IMG/VR virus record: IMGVR_UViG_3300032770_000001
Span: 62,001 to 126,000 of that record
Reading direction: 5' to 3' (one strand)
Length of the DNA: 64,000 nucleotides
Position numbers and translations under genes: made by a program. The notes under the pieces are model-generated. The model saw only the letters and a program-made list of their open reading frames with translations, was not told the DNA's origin and did no database searches. How positions within the stretch are numbered: position 1 is the stretch's first letter; the number at the start of each line of letters is the position of its first letter. Shown here one piece after another: positions 1 through 10,968 of this stretch.

Positions 1-1
1 G

Positions 2-721
2 CCCCACTACACGGACCTCACAGGCAATCAGGATGGGCAGGGGCTCTCCGCAGGCGTCCTCCAGTGGAACGCCGGACAGGGTACCCTCCAAAGCCTGCTC
101 GTGAACAACATCGCCCCCAAGATGGGTTGGGACAAGATGCAGACCTTTTTCAAGTCCGACATCCACCACTTCGCCATGCTCCGGGGACAAGACGCCATTC
201 AATGGTGTCTGGATCACTACATCGAATCCGGCTCAACGCACGTCGCGGCAGCGGCGGCTCAGTGCTGGACTGCGATGCTCGGTCAACCGGAATCGGTAGC
301 CGGACAAGTGGAAGCCGCCAAGAACTGGCAGTTGATGCGTGCCAACAAATTAGCAGCGCAGTACGCTCCAGACTTTCCGGGCTCCAGCCGCGTGCTGGCT
401 TTCTTCTTCGATGTGGTAGTTCAGGAAGGTGGAATGATTACGCAGCACGGCTCAGTACAGCCGCTCCCGGCTGGCAGCGATCCTGACTGTTCCGCAGCCC
501 TGCAACTGGCTCAGGCTAACAGCCCCCACACCCAAGCGATTTGGCAAGCAGCCACAGGCGGGGATCGACTGGCACGTTTGCTCCTGTACTACGGCTATCA
601 GCGTGCGCTTTTGGGGAATCCGACCTACTTGTGGGATGCGTGTTCTCGACGTGGCTCGATTGCCTGTCGAGGCGGGATCGTGCACAACACGAAGGTGGAC
701 TTTACTTCGTTGCTGGATTAA
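2..721 (+). CDS. Putative peptidoglycan hydrolase/endolysin (5'-partial)
   Basis: Frame is open from position 2: TGNQDGQGLSAGVLQWNAGQGTLQSLL, resembling the DGQGLSxGxLQWN motif of lysozyme-fold lysins. Confidence 0.55.
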   Translation, partial: PHYTDLTGNQDGQGLSAGVLQWNAGQGTLQSLLVNNIAPKMGWDKMQTFFKSDIHHFAMLRGQDAIQWCLDHYIESGSTHVAAAAAQCWTAMLGQPESVAGQVEAAKNWQLMRANKLAAQYAPDFPGSSRVLAFFFDVVVQEGGMITQHGSVQPLPAGSDPDCSAALQLAQANSPHTQAIWQAATGGDRLARLLLYYGYQRALLGNPTYLWDACSRRGSIACRGGIVHNTKVDFTSLLD

Positions 722-1079
722 GCGACCGTTCCCACTCACTGATCTCGGCATCGACAATGCCGATGTCAATCGCGTGCTCTTCTTGAAGACGCTTACGGTA
801 CGATCTCAATTCATTGATGCGGGTCTCTGCCTGAATTCCGGGCATCTTGTCCTTGCGATACGCCCGTGCAAGACAACGGCCTAACGCACAATCCGGGCAA
901 CTGATGATGTCCTCTCCCGATGCACTGGTGAAGTTCAATTTGCAACGTTCACAGACATAGTCGTACATGGTGACGCTCATAGATTCCTCTCGTACACGGG
1001 CGGACAAATGAGTCAGTGGGTGATCCTTACCGAAAAAGTCAGTCAATACGTCGCCTAGATCGAAGGGTCTGTCTTTCAC
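702..1079 (-). CDS. Hypothetical protein with zinc ribbon
   Basis: CERC...CPDC; alternative start at 980 has an RBS. Confidence 0.55.
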   Translation of the reverse strand: MKDRPFDLGDVLTDFFGKDHPLTHLSARVREESMSVTMYDYVCERCKLNFTSASGEDIISCPDCALGRCLARAYRKDKMPGIQAETRINELRSYRKRLQEEHAIDIGIVDAEISEWERSLNPATK

Positions 1080-1366
1080 GGAAGCGGCCCGCCTGCTTCG
1101 GCACGAACTCGATTGGTTTCCTCGCGATCTTCAATGGCAGCGAGTTCGTCGGCGTTCGTGGCTCCAGTTCGAGGATCAGGTTGACGGACGGTACGAGCCA
1201 TCGCTTGAAGCTGCTCATCGGTGTAATGCTGAGCCTTCTTGACAGCGAAGTCGTTGAGGTAATAGAGGGCTTGCCCCTCTTCCGGGTCAATGCCCCCTGC
1301 TGAGTATCGCTTGATGACCAACTGCAAATACTCGTGCAGGTCATCGGGTAATTGAATCACGACCAT
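1076..1366 (-). CDS. Hypothetical protein
   Basis: 96-aa ORF tightly packed with its neighbours. Confidence 0.55.
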   Translation of the reverse strand: MVVIQLPDDLHEYLQLVIKRYSAGGIDPEEGQALYYLNDFAVKKAQHYTDEQLQAMARTVRQPDPRTGATNADELAAIEDREETNRVRAEAGGPLP

Positions 1367-1367
1367 T

Positions 1368-1916
1368 TCAACAATCCTTTCGAGCTAGATGAGCGGCACT
1401 CCGTTGCACCCACATAACGAAATCCTCATACGACATATCGCTTTTCGCTCGATTACACACGTGACAGCACGGAACAACGTTGGTCTCGGTGTAACCAATC
1501 GAGTTCTTAACTCTGTCAATACCATTGTAAGTGAATTTTCCGGATTTCACAACATAGGTTTTGAGTGGCTCCACTCCACAGTAATGACAGGGGCTTGCAG
1601 TGAGAACATCGAACTGCTCCGACGTTAGCTCCCAAGACAATCCTCGGTTCTGCGCTGAGCGAATGTAGTTTGCCCAAATTTGATTTCTCGCCCGTACTCC
1701 CGGTTCCAGCAAGCGATTGACTTTCCGGCTTTCGGCCCAAAGGCACCCGCAGCTTCGGGTTCTGCCTTTACGTAGTGCACTTCCCGGCACTACCTTTTCA
1801 ACACCGCAGGCGCAGAGAACTCGCCATTGAACTTCGCCCCACGGCGAATCCTCGCTCCTGCTAAGGACGGTAAGTCTTTCGAACTGCTTCCCAACGAGAT
1901 CGATAAATCTACCCAT
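1368..1916 (-). CDS. HNH homing endonuclease
   Basis: DLVGKQFERLTV N-terminus, CHYCG and GIDRVKNSIGYTETNVVPCCHVCNRAK motifs. Confidence 0.85.
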   Translation of the reverse strand: MGRFIDLVGKQFERLTVLSRSEDSPWGEVQWRVLCACGVEKVVPGSALRKGRTRSCGCLWAESRKVNRLLEPGVRARNQIWANYIRSAQNRGLSWELTSEQFDVLTASPCHYCGVEPLKTYVVKSGKFTYNGIDRVKNSIGYTETNVVPCCHVCNRAKSDMSYEDFVMWVQRSAAHLARKDC

Positions 1917-1946
1917 ACATTACAATACTGGATAGTCGATCAATTA

Positions 1947-2495
1947 CTACTCCTGCTGGAGAATGGGAAGAGTAGTCGGCGTATTGAGAATCGCCGGGTC
2001 GAGATTTGTGGCGACAAAACCGATCTGCGGTGCCACGGGCTCTTCTGGCGTAAAGTACGCTTTCAAGGTCGTGGAAGGTTCAACGCCAAGGTTATGAGAC
2101 ACGTTCTTTGACCATGTACGCCACTTGGTCGCATACAGTTTGGCGACCGACTTGATGGTCATGTTGCGTCCGTAGTATTTGGACTCCCCGGCAGCCATCT
2201 TGGTCAGGTTCGACCGGAGCGCGGCGAAGCCAGCGGCGTCATTTTTGAAGATCACGTAGCCCTGACGGTTTACGCCGATCTGTCCCGGATAACGCACGCC
2301 CTTCTTGAAGGTGCGGATATCGCCGGGGTTGTGGTAGCGGGTGGGGACGGCTCCCTTGACGCCGAAGCCTTCGGCCTTCCCGATTGCGTGTGCAAGAGCG
2401 TCTACCTTCTCAGAATCAATCTGAGAATGGCATGGCAGAGCAACAACAAGCACGATGAACAATGTCGCTAAAAATGCCCATAGTTGTTTTGTCAT
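1947..2495 (-). CDS. Signal-peptide-bearing lysozyme-like (NNPG-type) hydrolase
   Basis: Hydrophobic N-terminus; AIGKAEG...RYHNPGDIR...FKNDAAGFAAL...YA pattern. Confidence 0.6.
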   Translation of the reverse strand: MTKQLWAFLATLFIVLVVALPCHSQIDSEKVDALAHAIGKAEGFGVKGAVPTRYHNPGDIRTFKKGVRYPGQIGVNRQGYVIFKNDAAGFAALRSNLTKMAAGESKYYGRNMTIKSVAKLYATKWRTWSKNVSHNLGVEPSTTLKAYFTPEEPVAPQIGFVATNLDPAILNTPTTLPILQQE

Positions 2496-2566
2496 CGGTC
2501 TATTGTACCTCCGATACTCCTATTCTACCAGTGAAATGTACGATAATGTTTAGCTCCTAAAATGTT

Positions 2567-2593
2567 GACGGCGAAGGGGTTACCTTCGCCGTC
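2567..2593. terminator. Perfect 11-bp inverted repeat, possible terminator after the tail operon
   Basis: GACGGCGAAGG-ggtta-CCTTCGCCGTC. Confidence 0.45.
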
Positions 2594-2660
2594 CTGAAAT
2601 GTCGTTCATTTAGGGTACGATAGTCGGAAAATTAGGGCGATTTTTTACTAACCCCTTTGT

Positions 2661-5600
2661 TTAGAAGAGGTTAGATATGCGGGTTGGGATGTGCGGCTCG
2701 TACAAAAAGGTGTCCGTAGCGATCACGCGACCAATGCAGATGATCCAACCGACCGTGGTCAGAAGGGGATCGAAGTCTTGCGTCAGAGTGCCGTCCGCAG
2801 CCACATAGAGCAGACCGCCGACCGTCCAGCCCGTGTTCGAGACTTGGAAGACACCGCCGTAATTGGTGCCGACCGGAACCGTGTCGCCCTTGGTCGCCGG
2901 AGCCAGCGTGACACCATCCGGATATGGTGCCAACGGCACACCCGTGGCGTCGATAGCCAGAACTGCCTGCCCCTGCGTCTCAGCCCCGGTGTATCCGGCG
3001 TGCCCCAGCGGAGCCGCCCCGGTGAAAGTTGTCCCAGTTACCGCCGTAATCAACAGGACGTACCCGTTCAGGAACGTCGCGGCACCGAGATTCTGGAGCA
3101 GGATATACTGTCCGACCGAGAAACTGTTCGCAGCGGTGATGGTCGCTACGTTGCTGCCATTGATCGACACATTGGTGATTGCCGGGATGACCGGGTTGAC
3201 CGGAAGCACCCCACCATCTGGCTGAATCGCGACCGCCGACAGGGTAGCAAACGTACCGTCCGCTTCAAAATTCTTACCGAGGGTAGCGACCGAACTCGGA
3301 AGCTGCTGCGGGACCGTATTGGTGGAACTCTGGATCATCCCGAAATAGCTGCCGATCAAAATGTTCTGCGAAGACGGCAGATCGTGGCTTGCGAAAACTT
3401 GAATCACGTCTCCGACTTCCGCGATGAGAGATGTCGAGAACTGCTGTGAAAACGGCCCGGTCGTTGTCGGGTCAGTCGAGTCAGTAAACGCAGGCATTCC
3501 GTTCTGGAAAATGGTGACCGTGCGAATACCCGCTGCCCCGGTGTCCCAATCCAGTTGTCCATAAGCTTGGTAGGTTCCAGCCTGCTGAATGGTGAAGGTA
3601 GTTGCGTTCGTGACATTACTCGTCATGTCGAACACAATTGTGTCGAACGGAACCACTACGCCTGCCGCCCCGGTCGGGATACTAACCCCAACGCTCCCGG
3701 CTTGAACCAAAAAACCGTACTGCTGTCCGGCTGCGACTCCAGCCGATGCTAAAGCGATCTGGTTGCTGATCTCTGTCTGAAACGCCTGCGAGAACTTCTG
3801 GATTCCCGCATAACTCAAATTGGTGCGGAGCATGGCAAGCTGCACGGGAACTGGCTGACCTTGAATATCCGGGCGGCTGAGGAAAGCTTCCGCATCCAAA
3901 TCGGTTGGCGGTGCCGTCCAGCCGTTGCTTGCATCGGTTGGTGTTGAAGAGTTGGTGTAGTTTACCTGCGGCAGCGGTGGAATGTTCAGCAACGGCGTAC
4001 CCGTCGCCCAAAGGCGATTACGGGTTGCCACATCCAAAGCCACAATCTCATAATCAGTCGGGTCACCCAGCGGGTCGATGGCTGCGTCGAGTGAATCCAC
4101 ATACGTGACCACGAACTGAACTAGATACGGGTCTTGCACCAGCAGAATTTGCAGGTTGTTATTGAATTCCCGCCAAAACTGCGTAAATCTATCCACGGTT
4201 GTAGCTTGAGCGAACTGATCGTATACGAACCGGAACTTCGGATGCGGCGACTGATAGCTCGTATTGTTCTGGATGTTGATGGTCGCGATAGCGATAACCT
4301 GATCCAGCACCGCTTTGATCGAGGCCGGGAAGGTGCAGGAGACGGGGAATTCCGCCGTAGTTGCTCCCAGCACTTCTGTCACGGTCGCTGTCGTGATCGT
4401 GGTGGGCATGTAATCCACGTCAGTTCCGGTAAAGCCGGATACGAAATTGTTATCTGCCCCGCCATCAAAATTCTTGTTGCGGGTATAGCCAAGGATCGCC
4501 GCCTCAATGTAAGACAATTTCCACAGGAGGTTCTGCTGCGTCTGCGCATCCACTGCCGTAAGGATCGTAATCAAGGGGATTGCAGTCGGAGCATCTTGAA
4601 CTCCGGTACCACCGAGTACATCGTTCCACGGAGTCGGAGTGTTAGCCAGATAGGTGACGGATGGTGTAATCAGTTCGGTGTACACCGCCTGAATATTCGG
4701 AATCCAGATACCCGCACGTCCGGTGCGGGAGTTGTCAAGGTAAAACAACCATTCAGCCGTCAAGTTTGGATCAAAGTTCGAATCCACCACAGCTTGCAGG
4801 TTCACATAGTGAACAAGGGCGCTGCGTAACGCCGTGGGATCAGTGATGCCACGTGTTGCCGGAACGACCGAGATGATGTTGTCACGGTATGTCTGAGACG
4901 GCATCTGATAGTTCGAGATGATCGTGCTCGGATCAGGCACGCTGCCCAACATCGACGAATTCGGATTGAACGGTGTATTGGTTGCCCCAGCCGGGAGTGA
5001 TGAGGTAAGCGTCGTCGGCAGGAAATATGGTTCTACGTTCGTAGCCTGCATCAAAGCAATGAAGTTCGGGTCGCTAAGGTTTTGTCCCGTATTCGGAATC
5101 AGACCACCCAACGGCGGTACGAAGAATGGCGTGCCATACGTCAACCCGCTGTAGGTCTGCGTCGTGCTTGGGTAGTTCCGGAAGATGTTGATGTTCGGAA
5201 CGTGGATCACGCACTGGTTAAACGCGAAGTTAAAATCGAAATTCACGTTCGACTTAAACGCCGCCAGCGGGAAGAAGTTAAAGCCATTCCAATTCCACAC
5301 GGTATCCGAGAAGAAATTCGGAATCGCCGGAAGATCAGGCAAACCCCAGTTGCAGATGTTGTTCAGCAGGTTCGCTAGAGCGTTGAGGCTCCCCTGCACC
5401 ATGCCGAGCATGTTCTGCTCAATCGACTGGAGCATTCCGATATTCTGGGACAAGGCTTTGGTGATCGCCGAGATGTCCTGTTGAACCTGAGCCACGTCCT
5501 GAAGGAACTTAATCGAGTCCGCAATAAGCAGGAACTTGCGGAGGCGGTGCTTATTCTGCGCATCGACCGCTGTGGTATTGATTTGCAGCTTGGTTGCGAT

Positions 5601-5804
5601 GAACTGAAGCAACTGCTGTTTCTTCTCCATCAACTGGTAGTTGGCATCAGTAATGGAGTTCTCAAGAACGCGGCCCTGCTCCATCGCTTTTTGATAGTTC
5701 GTAGCGATCTTCGGGTCGCCGAGCGGATTAAGGCGTGTAACAGCGCCCTTGGCACTGATCGGCCATACCAACGAATTTTGCAGACTAGAAGGTAGTGATC
5801 CCAT
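2661..5804 (-). CDS. Virion structural protein (baseplate/tail-associated)
   Basis: 1047 aa in the tail operon; beta-rich C-terminus shares a module with the fibre at 37365. Confidence 0.6.
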   Translation of the reverse strand: MGSLPSSLQNSLVWPISAKGAVTRLNPLGDPKIATNYQKAMEQGRVLENSITDANYQLMEKKQQLLQFIATKLQINTTAVDAQNKHRLRKFLLIADSIKFLQDVAQVQQDISAITKALSQNIGMLQSIEQNMLGMVQGSLNALANLLNNICNWGLPDLPAIPNFFSDTVWNWNGFNFFPLAAFKSNVNFDFNFAFNQCVIHVPNINIFRNYPSTTQTYSGLTYGTPFFVPPLGGLIPNTGQNLSDPNFIALMQATNVEPYFLPTTLTSSLPAGATNTPFNPNSSMLGSVPDPSTIISNYQMPSQTYRDNIISVVPATRGITDPTALRSALVHYVNLQAVVDSNFDPNLTAEWLFYLDNSRTGRAGIWIPNIQAVYTELITPSVTYLANTPTPWNDVLGGTGVQDAPTAIPLITILTAVDAQTQQNLLWKLSYIEAAILGYTRNKNFDGGADNNFVSGFTGTDVDYMPTTITTATVTEVLGATTAEFPVSCTFPASIKAVLDQVIAIATINIQNNTSYQSPHPKFRFVYDQFAQATTVDRFTQFWREFNNNLQILLVQDPYLVQFVVTYVDSLDAAIDPLGDPTDYEIVALDVATRNRLWATGTPLLNIPPLPQVNYTNSSTPTDASNGWTAPPTDLDAEAFLSRPDIQGQPVPVQLAMLRTNLSYAGIQKFSQAFQTEISNQIALASAGVAAGQQYGFLVQAGSVGVSIPTGAAGVVVPFDTIVFDMTSNVTNATTFTIQQAGTYQAYGQLDWDTGAAGIRTVTIFQNGMPAFTDSTDPTTTGPFSQQFSTSLIAEVGDVIQVFASHDLPSSQNILIGSYFGMIQSSTNTVPQQLPSSVATLGKNFEADGTFATLSAVAIQPDGGVLPVNPVIPAITNVSINGSNVATITAANSFSVGQYILLQNLGAATFLNGYVLLITAVTGTTFTGAAPLGHAGYTGAETQGQAVLAIDATGVPLAPYPDGVTLAPATKGDTVPVGTNYGGVFQVSNTGWTVGGLLYVAADGTLTQDFDPLLTTVGWIICIGRVIATDTFLYEPHIPTRISNLF

Positions 5805-8128
5805 TAGCTGTTCTCATCGCTCGAATAGAGCCCTTGATTGTGCACAATGTCCGGCGCTTCCGTTGTGTGCCGCGTCAAGCCTTTCTCAATTATTTTCTGC
5901 GCAGTAAATATGATGTCCGTCTTTGTCGCATGACGCCACGTGGTGCATTCCGTGATCCAGTCACCTGTCGAATGCCAGTGCAGGTTGCCTTGATGGGTGA
6001 TGTCGATATCACCCTGAATCTCCAACCGCAAAGCCTTACCCTGAGTGTTGGGTTTGAGCGTGACTTCAACACCACCGTCGAACTGCCCGGTGATCGACCG
6101 ACCCTGAGCATCCTTGCCGAACGCAAGAACCACACCACCAGCCAGATCAATCAAGAGAGATTGTCCGCTGTCCGGGTTCTGACCCAGACGCAGGAGGACA
6201 TCGCGGTTACCATGTACGTCAAGCGAAAGTCCCATGGCATCCGGCGTATTCACTGGTTGACCGCTCCAGTTGTACGGCAGCATTTGAAGCTGCGGGGCAC
6301 CCACCTGAGTCATGTCGTGGAACTGGTAGAGGCTATCCCCAGCCCCGTATGTCGGACGACCGGGGGAATGAGAATCAATGCGAGCCGGGTCGGTTACAGC
6401 GTATGGGTTTTTTCCTTGTGCGTCAGAATAACCGTTAACAAGGTGACGCCGAAGAGAAGACGCATTCCTTGCACCAAGACGTAAAATTGAACCACCGTCA
6501 AATGCGGCACGAAGTGAGACATTTTCTGCTCCTGTTTTATTGGTCAGGCTTCCGGCATCGCCCGGTGCGAGCTTCGGGGCTGTCCAGTATTGTAAAGTGC
6601 GAGCGGCTACGGCATCTCCCTTGCTGCGGATTTGAGTTTCCACTGTACGCCGAGAGTTCGGCAACGATGTGTCATCTGCACCGAGACGAATAACCGCCTG
6701 ACCCAGTGCTTGCAGATCAACGGCGTCTTCTTCGTCACGGTTCTTTCCGATGACAGCCTTAACTGATCCAACAGAGTGAAGCTCAAGGGAGCGTCCGGCT
6801 CCATGCGGGTGCTCGTAGCCGCCCGCAAACTTGATATTTTCTTTCGGCATCGTGGAGCCGATCTCAATGCTTGTGAAACCTTCTTTCGTTACATCCAAGC
6901 GAGTCGTGTTGTACTCGTATGGGAAGCGGATCGCCAGAGCGTCCGCCGCGAGGCGAGCTTCGACATGATCCGACGAGTCATTGACCGGAAGGTAACCGGA
7001 TTCAACATCTGCCCCGAAACGTCCTTGTTGCGTGTATGGGAATAGAACGGGCTTGAGCACCTGACCATAGGTTGCTTTATCAAAACGGTTGTAACCCACC
7101 AGCGTGCCTTGTGCGCGTTCAACGATGAATGCCCGACGACGGGGCGTGACGCCCTCATTGAGCGTCGGACCGACCGGAGCGGTCATAGTGCTCGTCGGAT
7201 GATCCCATGTCTGATTGACCATGTAGGTCTGATCGTCGCCTTTAACGTTGCCGGGTGCGAGTTCGCCGTTGACCGTCAGAGCCCCAATGTTAGTGCGCTG
7301 CCACGGGTCTTGATACGTACCGACCAACTGATCGAACAAGTCGGTCTGAAGAAGTTCAGCAGGCAGCGGATAGTCCAAAGCAAATTCCTGAACAAGTTCC
7401 GTGCTTTCGGTGAATGCGATCACATCCTGCTTACCGCTGACATAGCGGTCAGTCGGTTGCGAGCCGGGGGCGAGGTATGCCACGTACTCTTGCGTGCCGT
7501 CCGGGAGTTGAACGGCGACCAAATTGGTCGCATTTGGACGATTCACCGGACCTTCCATCTGCACGCCGCCAGCGGTGTACTTCAACTGCCGACTGGTGAT
7601 GCGTGTCCATGTCCGGCTTTCAGGGTCAAGGCGATCACGGCTCATGTCCGATCCGGCATGATCCCAGCCCGTATCGATGCGCTCAGTGTAGCCTCCCGTG
7701 TACGATGATGTCTTTTGTCCCGGATATGCTTTACGATAGCTGCCGCGAAGACGATCTGAAAGTCCCTGAATCTCTGCTCCGGAAAGCGGACGATCAGCAA
7801 TTGTATCGATACCCTTTGTGGTGTCGCTCAAATACCAACTCAGAACCGCAATCTGAGCGAACCCATTGACATACATGGTGTATGCGCACAGACAAGTCGA
7901 GAACTGCTCCGGCATGTGCACATCAGTCTGCGTGACCGAGGACTGTCCAGCCGGAAAGACTGACACTTCGACGAAGGTCATCCCAGTACGGATGTCCTCA
8001 ATCGTGAGCACCATGCGCTCGTAGTCAACTGAAAGCACGCGCCCCAGAAAAACTTCAAAGCGGTGCTGTTGACGCTGAATATCGAGCGCCGATGGCTGAT
8101 ACATTCTCGAATTGTCTTTGATCGGCAT
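5804..8128 (-). CDS. Baseplate spike/hub protein (gp5/VgrG-like)
   Basis: OB-fold-like N-terminus (GRVLSVDYERM) and beta-helix-like C-terminus; operon position. Confidence 0.55.
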   Translation of the reverse strand: MPIKDNSRMYQPSALDIQRQQHRFEVFLGRVLSVDYERMVLTIEDIRTGMTFVEVSVFPAGQSSVTQTDVHMPEQFSTCLCAYTMYVNGFAQIAVLSWYLSDTTKGIDTIADRPLSGAEIQGLSDRLRGSYRKAYPGQKTSSYTGGYTERIDTGWDHAGSDMSRDRLDPESRTWTRITSRQLKYTAGGVQMEGPVNRPNATNLVAVQLPDGTQEYVAYLAPGSQPTDRYVSGKQDVIAFTESTELVQEFALDYPLPAELLQTDLFDQLVGTYQDPWQRTNIGALTVNGELAPGNVKGDDQTYMVNQTWDHPTSTMTAPVGPTLNEGVTPRRRAFIVERAQGTLVGYNRFDKATYGQVLKPVLFPYTQQGRFGADVESGYLPVNDSSDHVEARLAADALAIRFPYEYNTTRLDVTKEGFTSIEIGSTMPKENIKFAGGYEHPHGAGRSLELHSVGSVKAVIGKNRDEEDAVDLQALGQAVIRLGADDTSLPNSRRTVETQIRSKGDAVAARTLQYWTAPKLAPGDAGSLTNKTGAENVSLRAAFDGGSILRLGARNASSLRRHLVNGYSDAQGKNPYAVTDPARIDSHSPGRPTYGAGDSLYQFHDMTQVGAPQLQMLPYNWSGQPVNTPDAMGLSLDVHGNRDVLLRLGQNPDSGQSLLIDLAGGVVLAFGKDAQGRSITGQFDGGVEVTLKPNTQGKALRLEIQGDIDITHQGNLHWHSTGDWITECTTWRHATKTDIIFTAQKIIEKGLTRHTTEAPDIVHNQGLYSSDENS

Positions 8129-10968
8129 TATTCGGTACCCGACTGGTTGCTTGTATCAGTTTGGAACTGCGGCAGCGTATTTGGAGGCGCGGAAGGCGAC
8201 GGTGTAAGTCCGATGTTTTTGGTCGGAATTGTAGACTGCGTTGCCAACAGGCTCTCCTGCGTGGTCTTCGACGGTGCAATAGTCCCACTTACTAATACGT
8301 CAATCAACTGCTCTCCGGCTGTTTCAGTACCAAACAATTGCTGACGGACCGCAATATTAGAATCGTCCGGCTGAGCCGCGTTGAGCAACTGCTGGTCGGA
8401 TGGGGTCGTCTGCGGGAACGGATTATACGCAGTGTTGTACTGAAGCACGATGATGGTGTTGTCCTGAACCGCTTGCTGAATTCCGCTGAGATAACTCTGC
8501 AACGTATTGACAGTGTCGTTGTTGACGGTCGGCGTTCCCAGACCCGCGAACAGGAAAGCATTAACGTTAGTCGCAGTGGTAGTGTCCCCAAGCGGTTGCC
8601 CGGTTGTTGGATCGGTCGGCGGTGCCGCGATATATCCGTCCTGAGTCATTTCCTTAACCGCTTTGCGCAGCGAAATCCAACGGCCCCACGGGAAAGGTGC
8701 CACAACCTCATAGCCCTTATCATCCGTAAACGGAATCGTGCGGCGGATATCGTGGTAGTAATTCTGATCGACGAACCGCTGCTTGGTAAAGATGCCGCCA
8801 TTCGACGGGAAGTTCGTGTCCGGCGAGGCAACCACGTTACCGTTCCCATCGGTCGTGTATTTCTGCCGTTGGTAGGTGTCGTTCTGAATGCGGAAGCTGC
8901 ACACGGAGCTATCGGTTTCCGTGCCCCACGTATTACCCAAAATCTGTTGTCGCAGCGTAATGAGGGATTTCTGATCCGGTGAAGCGGCCTGATCTGGAGT
9001 CAGGGGCAGGGTGGTGGGGTTACCGACCAAACTCGCCGGATTCGCCTGATTAGACTGACTCCCCGTCACATTCTGATTGCCCGTAGTCAATTGGTTCTGA
9101 GTCGGCTGCGTGTTCGATGTGTTCTGTAACGGAGCTTGCGCAGTCGATTGGTTGGTCGGTGCGACTTGATCGTTTGTTCCTGCCGTTGCAGCCGCGCCCG
9201 TCGTCCAACGGTAGACAAGGTTCGGAGCACTAGTAAAGATTTGCGTTTTCGCCCCGTTCTGGTCAGTGTGCAGCGTCGGAATCAGCGGACGGCGGCGAAG
9301 CGTATCGAGCATCAGCGTCATCGTCGCGGTGCCGCCCGTGTTGTAATTGATGCTCACCGATTTGAGATAACCATACATGTCACGATGCGGAATAAAGACA
9401 GGGAACCCCAGCTTCAATTCTGGACGCAACGGGATTGTGCAGGAATAGGTACGGTATCCACGGTTGGCGCGAGCCACTTCCGATGCCGCGTAACCGAACA
9501 AACCGAACTTATCCCCGGCAAAAAAGCCGCATTGTGCGCTGGGTTGTTCGCGAAGTCCGAACTTCTGGAGCTTACCTACGTCGATGTACTCGACCACAGT
9601 CAGCAACTCTTGATGTCCCTTCATCTGAATCGAAGTTGACCAATTGTCCAAAACAGTCATGCGGGTCATGCGTATCGCCGCTTGATCCTCCGTCTCCTGT
9701 TCACTGATGATTTCATCGAGTTGAATCACGAACGGGTTGTTGTTCTCGTAAATCTCAGTCAACGAGTTTTGCGGAGTGCTCGGCCCGCCAGTCTGAGTCG
9801 GGGTTGTGCTCGTCTCAGTACCGATGTAGGTCACGTCGAGATTGTAGAGGGGCGGTTTGAAAATAATCTTGCCGTTGATGTCCTGATACCCCTCGTAGGT
9901 GAGCACGCGCAAGATGTGACGAATCTCTTCAAGGCGGTTCACATATGTTGGGTTAAACAACTGTACGTTACTGACACTCTGATCCGGAGTGTACTGACGA
10001 ATCGCCGGGAACGGGTTGTTACCCGTGGTATCGGTGACGTACAGGAAGTCCTGCAACTGATCTACTTCAGTCTTGCTCAATTCCTGCTTCGCTTGATCGG
10101 ACAGAAGCACTCGATCCTCAGTTCCCTTGCTCGAAGAATCCTGAGTTCGACCCGTCGTGGTTGGGCTGTCCTTGTACTGCAACCCGTAAATGTGAACATC
10201 ATTTCGAATGTTGTTCAGAATTGACTGCCACTTTGCGATATACCCGGCCTGAATTGCCTGTGCGAACGCGCCCTGATTGACTTTACCGGACGGTAAGTCG
10301 CCCGGAACCGTAGCCGTACCGTTGTTCAGGTTGAGGTTCGAAACGCCGCCATTCAAGCTATTCGTATAGAAGCCTTCCGTCGATGTTGCACGCACGAACA
10401 TGTCGAGCAGCATGAGGTACGGGTTCAAATACGCGAGTTGCGTCTGCGTTGGCACCTGCTGATAATTGGAGCTTGATTGTGCGGCAGGTGAAAGATCGAC
10501 CTGCATGAGTTCCATGAAATGGAGGATACCGCGACACTGTACGCCGATCTCCAGCATCTTGCCAGTGTCGTTGTAGCCGATGTGAGAAACCACGCCTTTG
10601 AATACGCGCCGAAGCACCGTCGAACCATCGCTTGCAAAGAAATAACCCTTTGCAAAAACCTGTACCTGCATCATGCTCTGGATGAGGTTGTTTCCACCCG
10701 GCATCTGAAACAGGTACTTCTGATAGTTCGGAACCTGAAGACTGAATGAACAGGTCGGAATCAGGTTGTCGGTGTCGTAGCTGGCTTGGAAATTCGTCAC
10801 GTAGTCGTTGAAATTAACGAGGGTGTATTGACGCCCCGACGATGGGTCGTTGATGAAATAGTTCAACAAATACGGTAGACCTTCGAGGTACACCACGAGA
10901 TCGGGCGCGGTTTTGACGATTGTGCGCTCTTGCGCTGTTTGCGAGATGTTACGAATCATGTTCGCCAT
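8128..10968 (-). CDS. Baseplate hub protein (gp27-like)
   Basis: RVFKGVV, YQDINGKIIFKPPLYN and TIPLRPELKLGFPV motifs typical of large-myophage hub proteins. Confidence 0.65.
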   Translation of the reverse strand: MANMIRNISQTAQERTIVKTAPDLVVYLEGLPYLLNYFINDPSSGRQYTLVNFNDYVTNFQASYDTDNLIPTCSFSLQVPNYQKYLFQMPGGNNLIQSMMQVQVFAKGYFFASDGSTVLRRVFKGVVSHIGYNDTGKMLEIGVQCRGILHFMELMQVDLSPAAQSSSNYQQVPTQTQLAYLNPYLMLLDMFVRATSTEGFYTNSLNGGVSNLNLNNGTATVPGDLPSGKVNQGAFAQAIQAGYIAKWQSILNNIRNDVHIYGLQYKDSPTTTGRTQDSSSKGTEDRVLLSDQAKQELSKTEVDQLQDFLYVTDTTGNNPFPAIRQYTPDQSVSNVQLFNPTYVNRLEEIRHILRVLTYEGYQDINGKIIFKPPLYNLDVTYIGTETSTTPTQTGGPSTPQNSLTEIYENNNPFVIQLDEIISEQETEDQAAIRMTRMTVLDNWSTSIQMKGHQELLTVVEYIDVGKLQKFGLREQPSAQCGFFAGDKFGLFGYAASEVARANRGYRTYSCTIPLRPELKLGFPVFIPHRDMYGYLKSVSINYNTGGTATMTLMLDTLRRRPLIPTLHTDQNGAKTQIFTSAPNLVYRWTTGAAATAGTNDQVAPTNQSTAQAPLQNTSNTQPTQNQLTTGNQNVTGSQSNQANPASLVGNPTTLPLTPDQAASPDQKSLITLRQQILGNTWGTETDSSVCSFRIQNDTYQRQKYTTDGNGNVVASPDTNFPSNGGIFTKQRFVDQNYYHDIRRTIPFTDDKGYEVVAPFPWGRWISLRKAVKEMTQDGYIAAPPTDPTTGQPLGDTTTATNVNAFLFAGLGTPTVNNDTVNTLQSYLSGIQQAVQDNTIIVLQYNTAYNPFPQTTPSDQQLLNAAQPDDSNIAVRQQLFGTETAGEQLIDVLVSGTIAPSKTTQESLLATQSTIPTKNIGLTPSPSAPPNTLPQFQTDTSNQSGTE